Both the position numbers and the translations under genes were made by a program. Shown here in pieces: positions 36,201 through 48,882 of a stretch of DNA of 64,000 nt (positions within the stretch are counted from its first letter, which is position 1; each line of letters starts with the position of its first letter). Source of the DNA: Vitrella brassicaformis CCMP3155. Taxonomy: Eukaryota > Protista > Chromerida. The notes under the pieces are model-generated. The model was not told the DNA's origin. It saw nothing but the letters and a program-made list of their open reading frames with translations, and did not search any database. The DNA lies in NCBI GenBank assembly GCA_001179505.1, contig CDMY01000656.1:124001-188000 (forward strand). Direction: 5' to 3'.

Positions 36201-39200
36201 CATCCTACCGAGGACAGCAGATCGTTCTGCAGGGCGGACCTGACTCCTGCATTGTCGTGACGCAGTGGGCGGAAGGCGAGACCGTTTCTCTCAGCGCGAC
36301 ACCGTGCGGGTCATCTGTGAACCTCACCCTCCCCGCCTCCTCCCCTGGCGCACTGCTGCCGTCTGGCCGTCGGCTGTCCACCTCCACGGCTTCGTTCGTG
36401 AGCCTGGCCGTCTGGAACGGCGGGTACTTCGGCTCGACAGAGGAGCCGGAGCGCTCTGTGGTCACGGCGGGTCGACTCAGCTCCCTTGTGACACCGGTAA
36501 TCAGTGTGGCTTTCGGCCCGGTGGGCGGGAATGAGACTGTTTTCGTTGACGAGGTTACCCTGCAGCTGCCCCTTATCTACAACCAAAGTAAGGAAGGGAC
36601 TACACATATTCAGGACAGGCGTCTTATGTCTCCTTTTTGTTGTGGGGCCATCAGATGACACTTTGAGATTTGCGGATCGCGCACGCTGCGTGTGGTGGCA
36701 CCCTGGCCTCCAAATGTTTACCTCTCTGTACTGCGGGGCGGCCGTCGACGGCTCCTCTGCCTCTCTCTCGTGCCGCTGCACGCGCCTCACACCCACCATC
36801 CTGTACGGCGAGCTCCTCAACGACATTTCTGCGTTCCTTGCCCCTCTGCCCCCTCTGCACATCCGCGATGGCGGCATCGCTGCGCTCTTCTGCATCTGGT
36901 CTGTCACCCTCTTTGGCCTGCTGCTGGTCTATGCCGGCCTGGCTTTTGACCGTCACAAGGGGCGCATCAACAAGGCCTTCTGGCTGAAGGCATGGTTCAT
37001 CGAGGAGGGGGCGGAGGGCGAACAGATAAGGTGGGCGGGGAGGAGGTACCGGACTTACTCTTGGGGCGGCGCTGGAAAGGGGACAAAGGGCAAAGGGGCG
37101 CTCTACCAGACCCTCAAGACAATGTCGGGCAGGACGGAAGGCCTCTCAGAAAGCGTGAGAGAGAGAGGGACACGATGGATGGATGCATCAAGTGCAGGAT
37201 ACGTGTGACGTCAAGTGGAGTGGAGTCTTGTGTGCTCAGGTGCGGACTCTCCGAATGATGCGTCGTCGGCAGCAGGGCCGGCAGGACACGAAAGAGGGCT
37301 CATCGTCGTCTTCTTCTTCTTCCGCCTCTGGCCGCTCCGCCCGCATGGCCATCGCCAAGAGAATGTTCCTCAGGTCAGTCAGCGGACACATTACATTCAC
37401 ACACAAGGGAGATGCCTGATGCTCCGCTCTGTCTCCTCCCACCATCTTTCTGTACAGGCAGAAGACGACAGACATCGAGAAGGGCCCTGAGGTCTCCCCA
37501 GACAGGCCGCCAGGCCCCTCCCCGCCCCCTGCTGACACGGCACCTGTGAAGCCAAAACAGCAGCGGGGCAAATGGGAGGTGCCCCTGCCCAGCTCAGTGC
37601 CTGGTGTCCCCGCCCCGCCCCGATCCCCTCCCCGCCAGCTGATGACACAGAAGAGTGAAGGACACGGCAGTGTGTCTGAGTTCGCCGCCTTGCCTCCGCC
37701 CCCCGCTCGCTTTGAGAGTGTTGGCGAGCACGCGATGAGCCCACCGGAAAACGGGCAGGAGGGAGCAAAGAAGGAGACCCATGCTGATCAGGAAGCCAAA
37801 ACTGGTGAGACACACATGTGACTGATCACGCCACCATGTCATGGTGGGTGGATGGATGGATGGATGTGCAGACCTGGCCAGCTCTCTGGCCAGCAGTGCC
37901 GGGGGTCAGCGGGGGATCCTCAAGCAGACTGGGGGCCCGGCGAATGGCAACGTGGGCGACAACAATAGCAATAGCCACAACCGGCAAGTGACGATGAAGT
38001 CGGACGAGAGAAGCCGGTCGGCCGACGAGAGATCACACGTGACGGTGGTGGAGACATTGCCAGAGGAGGACGAGTGGTCTCAGGCCACAAGCGACCTCGA
38101 TAGCGAGCTATCACACAAGGTAGGTGCTTGGGGGTCCACACGACGCACTGGGGGGAGGAGGGCTCCCACTCTCTCTCTGTGTGTGTGTGTGTGTGTGTGT
38201 TGTCAGCTCAGCTCGATGAAGACATTCGAGTTCACCGGGTGGTCCACCCTCATGACCATCTGCCTTGTCTTGTGGAAGCGGCACCCATTGCTCTCCCTCT
38301 TCACCATGAACCCACACATCGGCGCAGTCAAGAGGTGCCTGAACGTTTGTGTTGCTGGGAGAGAGACATCTCATCTCATTCGACCCTTCATGAATTTCTT
38401 CTGCAGAGCGCTGCTCCGTTTTGCCCACATAGCGAGCAGCGCCGCCATATTCTCTGCACTCTTCGCCTTCGCGCGGGCGTCGATCGCTGGCGACTGGTCG
38501 CCCAATTTCCGCCAGACCGTTGAGAGTGATGCCTCCAGACGGGTGTCGCTGGGATGCCATCGGGACCTTCTGCTGTTCTTCCTCCCTGTGCTGAGCGATT
38601 TGTTGGCGTATGCCTTGAGCCCGTCTAGTTACTTGTACGTGTTGGTGATGCGGAAGAGGGTCTATGTGGAGATCCTCTCGCCTGTGCAAAAAGACGACAT
38701 TGTCAACCTGTGAGCAAAGCCAATGTGTGTGGATCGCTGCCCATCTCCTCTGTGTGTGTGTGATTGTCAGGTGGCGTCTCCGCGACCGTCTGTCGTGTGT
38801 GTTGCTGTGGCTGTGGATCGTGTCTTGTGGGTTCGTCATCCCCCACGCCATCCTCCTCTCTGGCGGATTCGACAGTGTGGAGGGGCCATTCGCCAGCGGC
38901 CTGGCCCTCACTGTCTTCCTCTGGTGGCCCATCGCCACACCATTGCTGGTCAGACCCACACACAACACAAGAGAAACACCAAACACCTCGTGGACCCTTT
39001 TGTGTGTGTCTCCCTCTGTGTGTGTGGGCAGCTGCTAAGCACCCAGGTCATGCTTCTTCGGCTAGTGCTGTCTTATGACTGTGTCGACGGCCTGCTCACT
39101 CTGCTGCCCGGCCTGATGGACTTCTCGTGGATCCTATCCGGCGACAGACATGACCTCGTTGAGGAGATCAGACATTTGCACTACGAGACACACACGCTAG

Positions 39201-39433
39201 CTGAGGAGCTGAAGATGGCCCGGTTGCGCAAGCTCACTCGGCTGGCCACACGTGCGCAGGGGCCGGAGGGAGAGAGGCTGCGGGCTATGATAAGCAGGAT
39301 GGGGCCGAGAGTCAGCGGTGAACCGGCGGCAACCATTGGAGAGGAGAGCGATGGGTCGGCTGTAGTGGCGGCTGGGGACGTGGCAGGGGTAGCGAAAGAA
39401 GGAGGAAACGGCGCAGCGATGCCAGCTGGGTGA
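27237..39433 (+). CDS. Giant polycystin-1-like / GPS-domain receptor: signal peptide, CWC modules, NHL repeats, WSC, Myxococcus Cys-rich repeat, REJ-like region, GPS, about 5 TM; more than 25 exons
   Basis: Signal MRRLSLLVSWLAVCCWTTSARG; NHL VAAGTGTAGYSGDNGAATSALLNSPQSV...IFIADTNNHR; WSC GC...FGLRDGGVCVGS...YKTYGPSLACEDGSGG...SAY; CGDGWVTGDEMCDDGNQRQGDGCDEKC|SIEAGYEC; REJ-like QVNAPPLVG...LPPGHWTIRGMAVDPLG; GPS CVWWHPG...C...CRCTRLT then TM; RHPLLSLF and later hydrophobic segments. Confidence 0.82.
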
Positions 39434-40500
39434 GGTGACGTGTGTGTGCGTGTGTCCGCGGGCTTGACGCTTGTTGTTATGCGTCAAGAGTGTATGTATG
39501 CGCAAGCAAGCTGGTGGGGTGTTTGTCTCCCAATGCATTCAATGGTGTTCGTGTGTCACACATCGCGGAAGGAAGCAACATTTGATTGGTCAATGAGTGA
39601 GCATGTCGCCATCTCAATGAGGCACACGTGTGTCGCACCCTCCCCCTCCCCCATCCGTCCATCCATCCATCCATCCACCCACCATGCTCTCGCCACGCGC
39701 ACCACTCACTGAACCAATCTCCTACTCTTGCCCTTGCACTTGGCCTCCCTCCTGCGTCAGTGTCGTGCGCCTCTTCCGTCTCGCACACCCCCACGCCATG
39801 GGCAGCCACACATGCGGTTCATGCACGTGTGGACGACCATGACGTGGCTGTGCGCTAAATGGAAGAGGCCACACTGATGACACAGACTGACTGACAAGGC
39901 ACCAGCCAGCAGATCCCGAGAGAGAGGAAGGAACGGGGCGGACGGTGTATCTCGGAAAAGGCTCGTTCGGTCCGTCGCAGTACAGCGGATAGGCCGCAAG
40001 CAGACATACCAAGCCACACACAGACAAACACACACACACACGTACTCACTACATCCATACAGACAGACAGACAGATAGACGTACAAACGTGTGGGCAGGC
40101 AGGCAGTCAAACAGACAGCAGCGCTCTATAGATATCGATCGGTCACAGATATATATACGTCATGTGCACCCACCAAGAGCCACGCCCGCGCATGCAGCAA
40201 TCTGTCTGACAGACAGACCACTCAGTGGACCGCTTGATTGATATAGGCAGCTAGACAGACAGGCAGACAGACAGACAGATAGGCAGGCAGGGGGGCACTC
40301 TGTACAGTCCGTCCGTCCGTCAGTCAGCAAAACCGAGCGAGCAAGCGACCAGCCAGCCAGCCAGGCAACTTACACAAGCGACCCCCTCGCCAGGCCAGCC
40401 AGCAGCCGCACCAAAACAAGACACCACACACCCAGATAGACAGAAGGTCAAGACAGCAAGATCAGGTCAGACCCCCCAACGCCCTCAGTCAGTCAGACAG

Positions 40501-41407
40501 TCAGTAGGTCTTTGCGAGGTCCTTGCGTCCGCAGAATTTGGCCGCCAGTCCCCTGCCCAGCCCCGTCACGATCTTGTACCCCCAGAAGAACGACACCGCC
40601 TGCAGCCCAAACGCCCCGCCCTTCACCATCCACGTGTTCTTGTCGCTCACTATCGTCCGGTACGTCAGAACCGGAGCCGGGCCGAACCGAGCCCCCAGAA
40701 ACACGATGCAGAACCAAAGCGACACCCAGTCGTAGGCCGACAGCCGCAGGGGGGACCGCTTCCGCTTCTCGGATTGTGAGGGGTCGTTGTGCGCTGGGGG
40801 CTGTGGCGGTGGTGGCTGTGGTGATGATGGGTTCTTGTCGCGTTGTTCTCTGAGGAAGTGTCTTGCGATGAGGAGGGGGGTGGAGAGCTCTGCGATGAAG
40901 GTGCAGTAGACGAGCTCCGTACCCGACTTGTCGTCACGCAAACACGACAGCAGGCCCACGATGCTCGAAAAGTGATGCAGAGTCATCCCCCAGTGACCTG
41001 ACGACACATCACACCGCACCACCACACCAACACACACATGCCATGCGACTCTATCCTGTCTGTGTCATGACCTCCCTCCCTCTCTCATCTCACTAGCTAA
41101 GCTCACCGAGTGTGGTGGCGACTCCGAGGTCATAGAAGAAGTAGCCCGCCCCGATCTGCAGGAGCCTCCTCTGCATGGGCAGCATCTGCGCCCCGATCTC
41201 GCTGTGGAGGTTCTCTGTCCACACGACATAGCCGCCCAGGGTGATGCAGAGGACGCTGTGCAGGGCGGTGACCATTTTGTTGATGGGCTCGATGGTCCGC
41301 TTGGGGTAGAAGCTCTTTAAAATGAAGTGCAGCAGCACCCACACGCACACCTGCGACAGGATGGGGCCCCATATCGACGCTGACAGCCACTCGCTGCCCG
41401 CAAGCAT
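40501..41407 (-). CDS. TLC (TRAM/LAG1/CLN8) domain membrane protein, TLCD5/TMEM136-like; 2 exons
   Basis: KMVTALHSVLCITLG, IGAGYFFYDL, MTLHHFSSIVGLL, AELSTPLL and FLGARF are TLC family motifs (S.VH, YF.YD, HH, E.STP, F...R). Confidence 0.85.
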
Positions 41408-41679
41408 GTCCAACGTGGCTTCTTAGAGGGTGGGTGCTGCTCAACACATCCACCGATGCGAGCTTGGCCTTCCTTTGCGAGCTAAGACAAAAAAGCGAGT
41501 GAAAATGATGTGCGCAGGAACGTAGCTGCGGCTGGCTCCCCATCTCCCCACTCAGTCTGCCCCAAACAAGGGCAAACAGTCGTGGTGTTAGGATAGTAAG
41601 AGGGTTCGCTCCCTGGTGGAATCGAATCAGCCTCTCTGACAGTGTCTGTCTTATCGCTGACGACAATTGGCTGACGACG

Positions 41680-41801
41680 ATGGAGACCCTTATCGTCTAT
41701 TCGCTGTGGGCGCTGTCAACGCTGGGCTTCACTCTCATCTCCCTCAAGAGGTCAAAAGGACCGAGGGACAGACGATAGAGAAAAGAGAGAAAGTGTCCTT
41801 C

Positions 41802-41840
<39 letters not shown>

Positions 41841-42854
41841 TATGTGTGTCAGGCTTGTGCTGACGTTCTTGTGGATCATCCAGTCGTTCATATCGGTGCT
41901 TGTCCATGAAGTGGCCGACTCCGCCGTGGCCTGCGGCATGGCCATCACCTGCGCCTGGGCTATCAACGTCGGCTGGTTCAGCGCGCGGCTGGCACACGGC
42001 ACACTTTGGCAGTCAATCCTCACGTAGGACACACAGACAGAGAGGCCGCCTGTCCAACCAAGCGGTTGGTGCGGATTGTCTGTCTGTCTGTCTGTGTGTG
42101 TGTCGTCAGATACTGGCATCAGGCGTTTCCGAACCAGCCGAAGTCGGTGGTGTCATGGTGCGTGTTTGTGGGTGACGTGATGCTGCACCCCCTGATGCTG
42201 TTCCTGCTGCTGCGGTACACCGACGAGATCTCCCCCATCCAGGGGCTCATATGCTTCTTCTCCATCCGGCTCTACCTCCTGCTCATCGAGGGCGGCTGGT
42301 TCCCCGACGGACACGCCCTCAATGCCCTGTACAAGTTCCTGCCGCCACAGCCCGAGCACGTCTTCTACTCTATGTATATCGGTCAGCCAGCCGACCCCCA
42401 CACACAGAGGGAAAGGAGAGGAGAGCGGACGCAGTTAGTTAACTCGTGTGTGTCGGTCGGCTGGTGTGTAGGTGAGGTGGCAGCGGAGCTGTACATTCTC
42501 TTCGGCATCATCCCGTCCAGCGCTCTCCGCTTCTCTTTCCGCGCCCTTGTGGTCATGGCCTGGCTCTACGGCCTCATCTACACCGGCAGGCGGTCATGGA
42601 TACAGCCGCTCAAGAGGTTCCTCCTCCACACCACTCAGCACAGGAGGAAAACCGCCGACGCCTTCCCTTCAGCCAGTGGTGTCGCTAGCGACGGTGGAGC
42701 GGGGGCTGTGTGCGGGGGGAATGGGAATGGGAGCGGGAGGAGCGACCTGTGCGGGTCGCCGCGTGTGAGGCGGATGAGGGCCTGCCACTCAGTGCCCGAT
42801 GTGCACATGGTCAGTGAGTGTGTGACCATCACACCATTTTCGTGGCGCGCAATG

Positions 42855-42890
<36 letters not shown>

Positions 42891-43067
42891 TGTGTGCAGA
42901 GCGGAGTGGCGGTGTCGGCGCGCAAGCTGGTGGAGGCGACGTGGACCCTCGCAGGGGCCGACCTGTTGATGCCGGTCGACGACGGCCGGCTTCGCTCGAC
43001 CTCGCCGTCGGGCCCCCTCAGCCCTCTGCTGCCCACTGGCACCCCAGGGCCAGGCGACAGGACATGA
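41680..43067 (+). CDS. Hypothetical multi-pass membrane protein; spliced
   Basis: Frame-consistent splicing gives METLIVYSLWALSTLGFTLISLKR|LVLTFLWIIQ...|YWHQAFPNQPKSVVSWCVFVGDVMLHPLMLFLLL...|VAAELYILFGIIPSSALRFSFRALVVMAWLYGLIY; about 6-7 hydrophobic segments. Confidence 0.7.
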
Positions 43068-43473
43068 CTGACACACGCACCACGGACGGACGGACGGAGA
43101 GGGGAGAGAGAATTTGGCTAGCTGCGGTTCGGTGGTTGGCTTGGCTTTGCTTGGCTGGTGCGGCTGATGATTGTTTGAGGGATTGTGGCATGGCATCGAT
43201 TATGACTTGCTGGAGAGAGAGCTTCACTGCTTGCTGGGCGGACGGAGCGGCCTGACTCTCTGCTCGTTGCCGTCCGCTCCTCGAGAGTGTGTGTCTTTTT
43301 TGTGCCGTTCGTCCGTCTGTCTGTCTGTCTGCCTGTCTATAGAGTGATGCGCATCGCGTCCATTGATCCTTCATGTGCCCGAGGACACGGGGGGGCCGAG
43401 CGCACTCTAGTGACTGACGCCCTCTCCCTCTCCCCTTCACGCAGCCTCGCTTGTTTCTTTGTTTCTTTGTTTA

Positions 43474-43508
<35 letters not shown>

Positions 43509-44569
43509 ATGGGTTTGCTTTTCATCCGGCCTCTTTTTTCCGGCACTCGTCGGCCATTTGCGTCCGTCTGTGTCTGTCTGTCTGTGTATGGTCGGTGTTG
43601 CGTCAGTCAGGTGTGTGTACTTTACGTGGGGCGCCGGGGAGTGTCACTGTGTCGGTGTGAACCGCTTGTGGCCGTGGCCGTGTGTGTGATCTTTTTGGGC
43701 TACCTGAATGACTCACTGGTGGATGGATGGATGTGGCGGCCGGCCGTCGGTCAGTGCAGTGGCTGTGCTGCATATGGCCAGCTGCCCGGCCACCACCCAG
43801 GGTGGCTTTGGTGTGTTTGGTTGGCGTGTACGTGTTGCGCAGGGGGGAAGGGGGAGGGTGGGAGGGGGAGAGAGAGACAGGGACAGAGACAGAGACAGAG
43901 AGAGAGGGACACGCTTCCAGAGAGAGAGAGAGAGAGAGATACACCACGCGAGGATGCCAGTAGAGTAAACTCTTTATGACGGTTGGTGTCTTGGTGTGGT
44001 GGTGCAGCAGTGCATCCTTGCGTCGATTGCATGCGAGAGAGACGAACAGACCAACAGACAGACAGAGGAGCGCATGGCGTCTCGGTGATGCTCGTGTGTT
44101 GCGGTGTGTGGCAAACGAGGTGGCGACGTGTCCCTCGACGCTCGGTGGTGAGTGTCTGTCGAGGGGTACGTCGCCGATGGTGGGGCCACGACACACAAAA
44201 ACACGATGATAACTGAAACAATGGAATGAATCTCAATGAATGAATGAATCAGTGAATGGATGACCGAGAAATGGATCGATGGATGGATCGATGGATGGGC
44301 GAACCAGCCACAGCCAGTCAGTCCATCTACACAAGACATACATACACCTAGACCATGTGTGCACAGACAATAACGGCTGGCAACGGAACCCTGCAGGGTT
44401 TCAAACCCTGCAACCCCAGCGGGCAGATCTGCGCATCCGACTCACTCATCAAACCGGCAAGTGCAGCGCACCCACGGGCACAAATCGACGCGCATTCTCA
44501 CCGGGTCGAAAGATCTCTGCCGTCGTTGCCTCTTTTGTGGTCATCGCGCAGGTGGCTCAGACAGAGAGA

Positions 44570-47500
44570 ATGGCTCCCTGGCGGACGGCTTTCTCTTTCT
44601 CTCTGCCGCACCGGCTGGTGGACAACCCGCTGCTGCTGACTATCGGCAGGTTCGACGGCCGCCACCCGTCGCTCGTGGCCGCAACCACACCCACACAGCT
44701 GCTCATCCACTCAACCACACAGACGTACGTACTTGCGGCGCAAACAGAGCAGAAGAGGCTGTGCCTTCATGGACTGATTTGTTGTGTGTGTGTTTGTGTG
44801 TCTGTCTGTCTGTCTGTCAGGGCTGGAGGCGGGGTGAGTTTGTTGAACGTTGGCGAGAGCGTGACGTGTGTGGATGCGGGGCGGCTGCACCCGACGCTGG
44901 GGCGGGACTGGTTGCTCATCGGCACGGCACAGCAGCTGCGCGTCTATGACGTGCATGAGAACCAGGTCAGTCAGCCCAGCGACACCCATACCTGCACACT
45001 AGGGGGGAAGGGGGAGAGGGAGGGAGAGAGAAACGCCCTGACACAGACACCCAGGTGTGTGTGGTTGTGGTTGTGGTTGTGGTTGTGTTTGTGTTTGTGT
45101 GGTTAGGACATCTTCACAGTAGAGGTCTCGGATGGCGCGAGTGTCGTCCGCTGCCTGCCCATCGCAGGACATCCGGCCGAGGGAGGCAATGTGCTCGCCA
45201 TCGTCGGTAGGCCCACCTGCACACATCCACCCACGGTGTGTTGTGTGCAGGGGTGCGTGTGCGTGTGTGTGTGCAGGTGGCAACTGCAGTGTGTTGGGTT
45301 TTGACGACACTGGTGTGGAGGTGTTCTGGACGGTCACGGGCGACACCGTCCGCACCATGGCCGCTGGCAGGGTCACCGCCAACGACGCAAAGCCCACCAG
45401 CAAACTGCTGATAGGCAAGCGAAGCGAACAAACTGCTGATAGGCAAACACCAGTCCATCCTTGTGTGTGTGCAGGAACGGACGACTACGCCATCCGCGTG
45501 TATGAGCGAGAGGAGGCCCTCCACGAGATCGCCGAGACCGAGGCCGTCGCACAAGTCGTCGCCATCCCGTCAGTGAGCCACACCTGACACCCACCATCCT
45601 GCCCCGGAAACCAACACACCTCCCCACCCCACCGCTCGATCGCTTTGCTTGTGATGGATGCAATGCAATGCAGCGATTACGGCTTCGCGTACCTGCTGGA
45701 CAACCACACCTATGGCGTGTACGCCATCGCCTCCCCCACATCCCCCCCCACACGCGTGTGGCGGCACAAGAAGGGCGGCAGTGGCGGCGGTGGGCGTGCC
45801 GTCGTGGCCATCTGTGTTATGGATGTGGACGGCGACGGGCAGAACGAACTCATATGCGGGTGCGTCTCATGACCACGAAAGAAACCAAGTGTGTGCGCGT
45901 GTGTTAGGTATGAGGACGGTCGTGTGGAGGTGCGGCACATCGCCACAGGAGTCGTTGTGGGCGAGGAGCCGGCGGCACCAAGCGCGACAGACACCCACCC
46001 CGGGCGACTGCTGGGCTTGATGGCGTACGACTACCGCGGCGACGGACACATGAACCTCATCGCCGTCAACACCAATGTCCGTCCGTCCGTCGACCCGACC
46101 GGGCCACACACCCACACACACACCCAGATGCCCATCCATCCTGTGGTGTGGTGTCTGTCGTGTGTAGGGTGATGTGAGGGGGTGGGTGGCGGCCCCTGAC
46201 ACGGACCGCCTGCAGAAGGAACTGCAGAGGGCGCCTCAGAAGCGGCGGAGTCGGCTGGGACGGGGTGGGGGCGAGGTGGACACATACGCAACTGCGGCAG
46301 AGGCCAACGAAGCCTACAGGTGATGTGTCGACGGACTGGTTCCCATCTATCTCATCTTCTCTCTCTTTGTGTGTGTGGTTCTGGTAGGTCTCTGCTGCGC
46401 GAGAAGCAGACCCTGCTGAAGGAGCTGACTTCCTACGAGGCCAACATGAAGGCCCTGACCACCACCAGCCACGAGGCGTCTCCATCATCGGCAGGGGTCA
46501 TCCCGCCCGACACACAGCTCACCTGGACACTCCTCCCCAATGCAGCTGAGGTTAGGGATGGAAAGACACACAGACACAGACACACAGACACTCTGTGTGT
46601 GTGGTGGGTGTCAGGGGGCGGTGGAGCTGACTCTGCAGCTGAGCAACCACTGCGTCATCAGGGCGGTGGTGCTGTTGGGCGAGGGGCTGTTCGAAGGCGA
46701 CTGCTGCACGCTGCACCCGATGCCGCCGGCAAACAACGTAACGCACCCATCCCCCTCCCACACACAGCCAAGCACCCCTCTCCCTCTCCCTCTCTCTCTC
46801 TGTGTGTGTGTGTGTGTGTGTGTCAGGTGACAGTGCGGATCGCCCCTGCCCGCAATGTGTCGACATCGCTGAGCGTCCGGGCCTTCGTCGGCCTGTCGGC
46901 GTCATCCACACAATACCACCTATTCGAGGTGGGTGCCCTGCGCTGTGCCACACATAGACAGACCTGCACACACGCACATGAGCGTCTGTGTGTGCGTGTG
47001 TGTCAGCTGGAGGTGGCCTTCCCCAAGTTCGCCATGTACGCGGCAGTGACGCCCGACACAGAGACCTTCAACCAGTACACCGCCATGGTACGTCATCCCT
47101 CCCTCCCTCCCTCCCTATGTGGCTTTGGGGGTGGTGTGCAGAAGGAGGAGTCCTACGTCGTATTTGACGCACCTGAAGAGGCAGCAAAGGTGACACTCGT
47201 GTGGGTCAGTCTCCATTCACCACTTTCTGTATGTGTGTGTGTGTGTGTGTGTCTCGCAGTTTGTCGGCTGGTTCGAGCACGCCTTCGCGCTTAGCCCTGA
47301 TGACCGAACCAGAGTGCGGCAAGCACTGAGGGCATGCAAGCAGCCAGGTAGGTAACCCCACAAACACTGTACGCCAACATGCCGCGGTGGCTGTGGCTGT
47401 CTGTCAGGCGGCTGTGCAGAGGTGGTCTTCACTTCCCTCCGACCAGCCAAGGACACAAACGACCAGCCAGGTAACCCATTCCNNNNNNNNNNNNNNNNNN

Positions 47501-48826
47501 NNNNNNNNNNNNNNNNNNNNNNNNNNNNNNNNNNNNNNNNNNNNNNNNNNNNNNNNNNNNNNNNNNNNNNNNNNNNNNNNNNNNNNNNNNNNNNNNNNNN
47601 NNNNNNNNNNNNNNNNNNNNNNNNNNNNNNNNNNNNNNNNNNNNNNNNNNNNNNNNNNNNNNNNNNNNNNNNNNNNNNNNNNNNNNNNNNNNNNNNNNNN
47701 NNNNNNNNNNNNNNNNNNNNNNNNNNNNNNNNNNNNNNNNNNNNNNNNNNNNNNNNNNNNNNNNNNNNNNNNNNNNNNNNNNCCCCCCCCCCCCCCCCCC
47801 CCACACACACCAGCATCCCTAGCATCCCTGTGTGTATATGTCAGGTGACTGTCTGGGCATCTCTCTGAGTGCCCCTGATGCGGCTGCTGCTGCTGGTGGT
47901 GGCAGTGGGTTGCCGCGAGTGCGTGTGGTGTGCGGCGACATGGAGGCCCTCAGCGACGTCATAGCCCACATGGCCGAGTACTTCAAAATCGACCAGCTCG
48001 ACACCATCGCACACGTGCCTCAGGTCAGTCAGGCAAACAGAATACTTCAGGACTGACTGACTGACTTGTGTGTGTGTGTGTGTGTGTGTACTCTGTGGTG
48101 TGGTGTGCAGGAGCTGGATCGTCTGGGTGGTGTGTTGGGAAGAGTGGAGGGGCTGCAGGCCGCCAGGGCCAAAATGACGGCTGAAATGGCTGACAACTCA
48201 CAACTGGTGAGCGTGTGTGTAGTAGTGGGTTGTCAGGTCTCTGTTTGCCATCAGGTCAAGTCGTTAGTGCTGAAGGCCGAGGAGGCCCGGATTCTCAATC
48301 GCATGTAAGAGTGTGTGTGTGTGTGTGTGTGGACACCACACCGTGTGCGGCCCTCAATCAGACTCTGATGTGTGTGTGTGTCGTGGCTTCGCAGGTCAGT
48401 GGCCAAGCAGCTGTTCACCCAGCTGCAGCAGCTCAACCAGGAGATGGTCGGCGAGTACGTCAAGCGGTGCGGCAACTACGACGCCCTCATGGCCGAGCTC
48501 AAGGACCTCAACACGTCCATTCAGAGAGCCGCCAACCTAAGAGGTCAACGACTGACGCCCTTGCAATTCTGATGTCCATCTCCATCTGTGTGTGTGTGTA
48601 GTTGGTGCGAGCAGGACTCGTGTGGTGTCTGCGTGCCGCCAGGCGCTCAAGGCGCAGAACATGCCCGAACTCTTCAAGGCAAGAGAAACCGCCAACCCAC
48701 ACACACACACCATACATGTGATCAGATCGCTGGCGTGAGTGGCAGGCACATTGTGTTGTGTGTGGTTGGTAGGTGATCAGCACGGGCCACCCCTCTGCAT
48801 CAGGGGCAGCGACGCAGAACGTGTGA
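44570..48826 (+). CDS. BBS2: Bardet-Biedl syndrome 2 protein (BBSome subunit); many exons, spans an assembly gap
   Basis: IGRFDGRHPSLVAAT, VSLLNVGESVTCVDAGRL...LLIGT...YDVHENQ|DIFTVEVSDGAS, GNCSVLGFDDTGVEVFWTVTGDTV, GTDDYAIRVYE, DVDGDGQNELICG, LLREKQTLLKELTSYE, VKSLVLKAEEARIL and NQEMVGEYVKRCGNYDALMAELKDLNTSIQRAANLR are collinear with BBS2. Confidence 0.93.
47483..47782. other. Assembly gap (300 N) inside the BBS2 locus
   Basis: Run of n followed by a poly-C tract. Confidence 0.99.
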
Positions 48827-48882
48827 TGCATGGATGGATGGATGGTCTGTCCGTGTGTAGCTAGATGTGTCCAGAACACGCA

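Noticed and set aside
3354-41670. CCAAT/ATTGG boxes in divergent spacers (3354, 11289, 41666)
   Set aside because: Only 8-30 bp from ATGs, so likely inside 5' UTRs; pentamers are expected by chance.
45061-45107. (GTGGTT)n array ending in ttagg, telomere-like
   Set aside because: Short, intronic within BBS2 and grades into (GT)n; an ordinary simple repeat.
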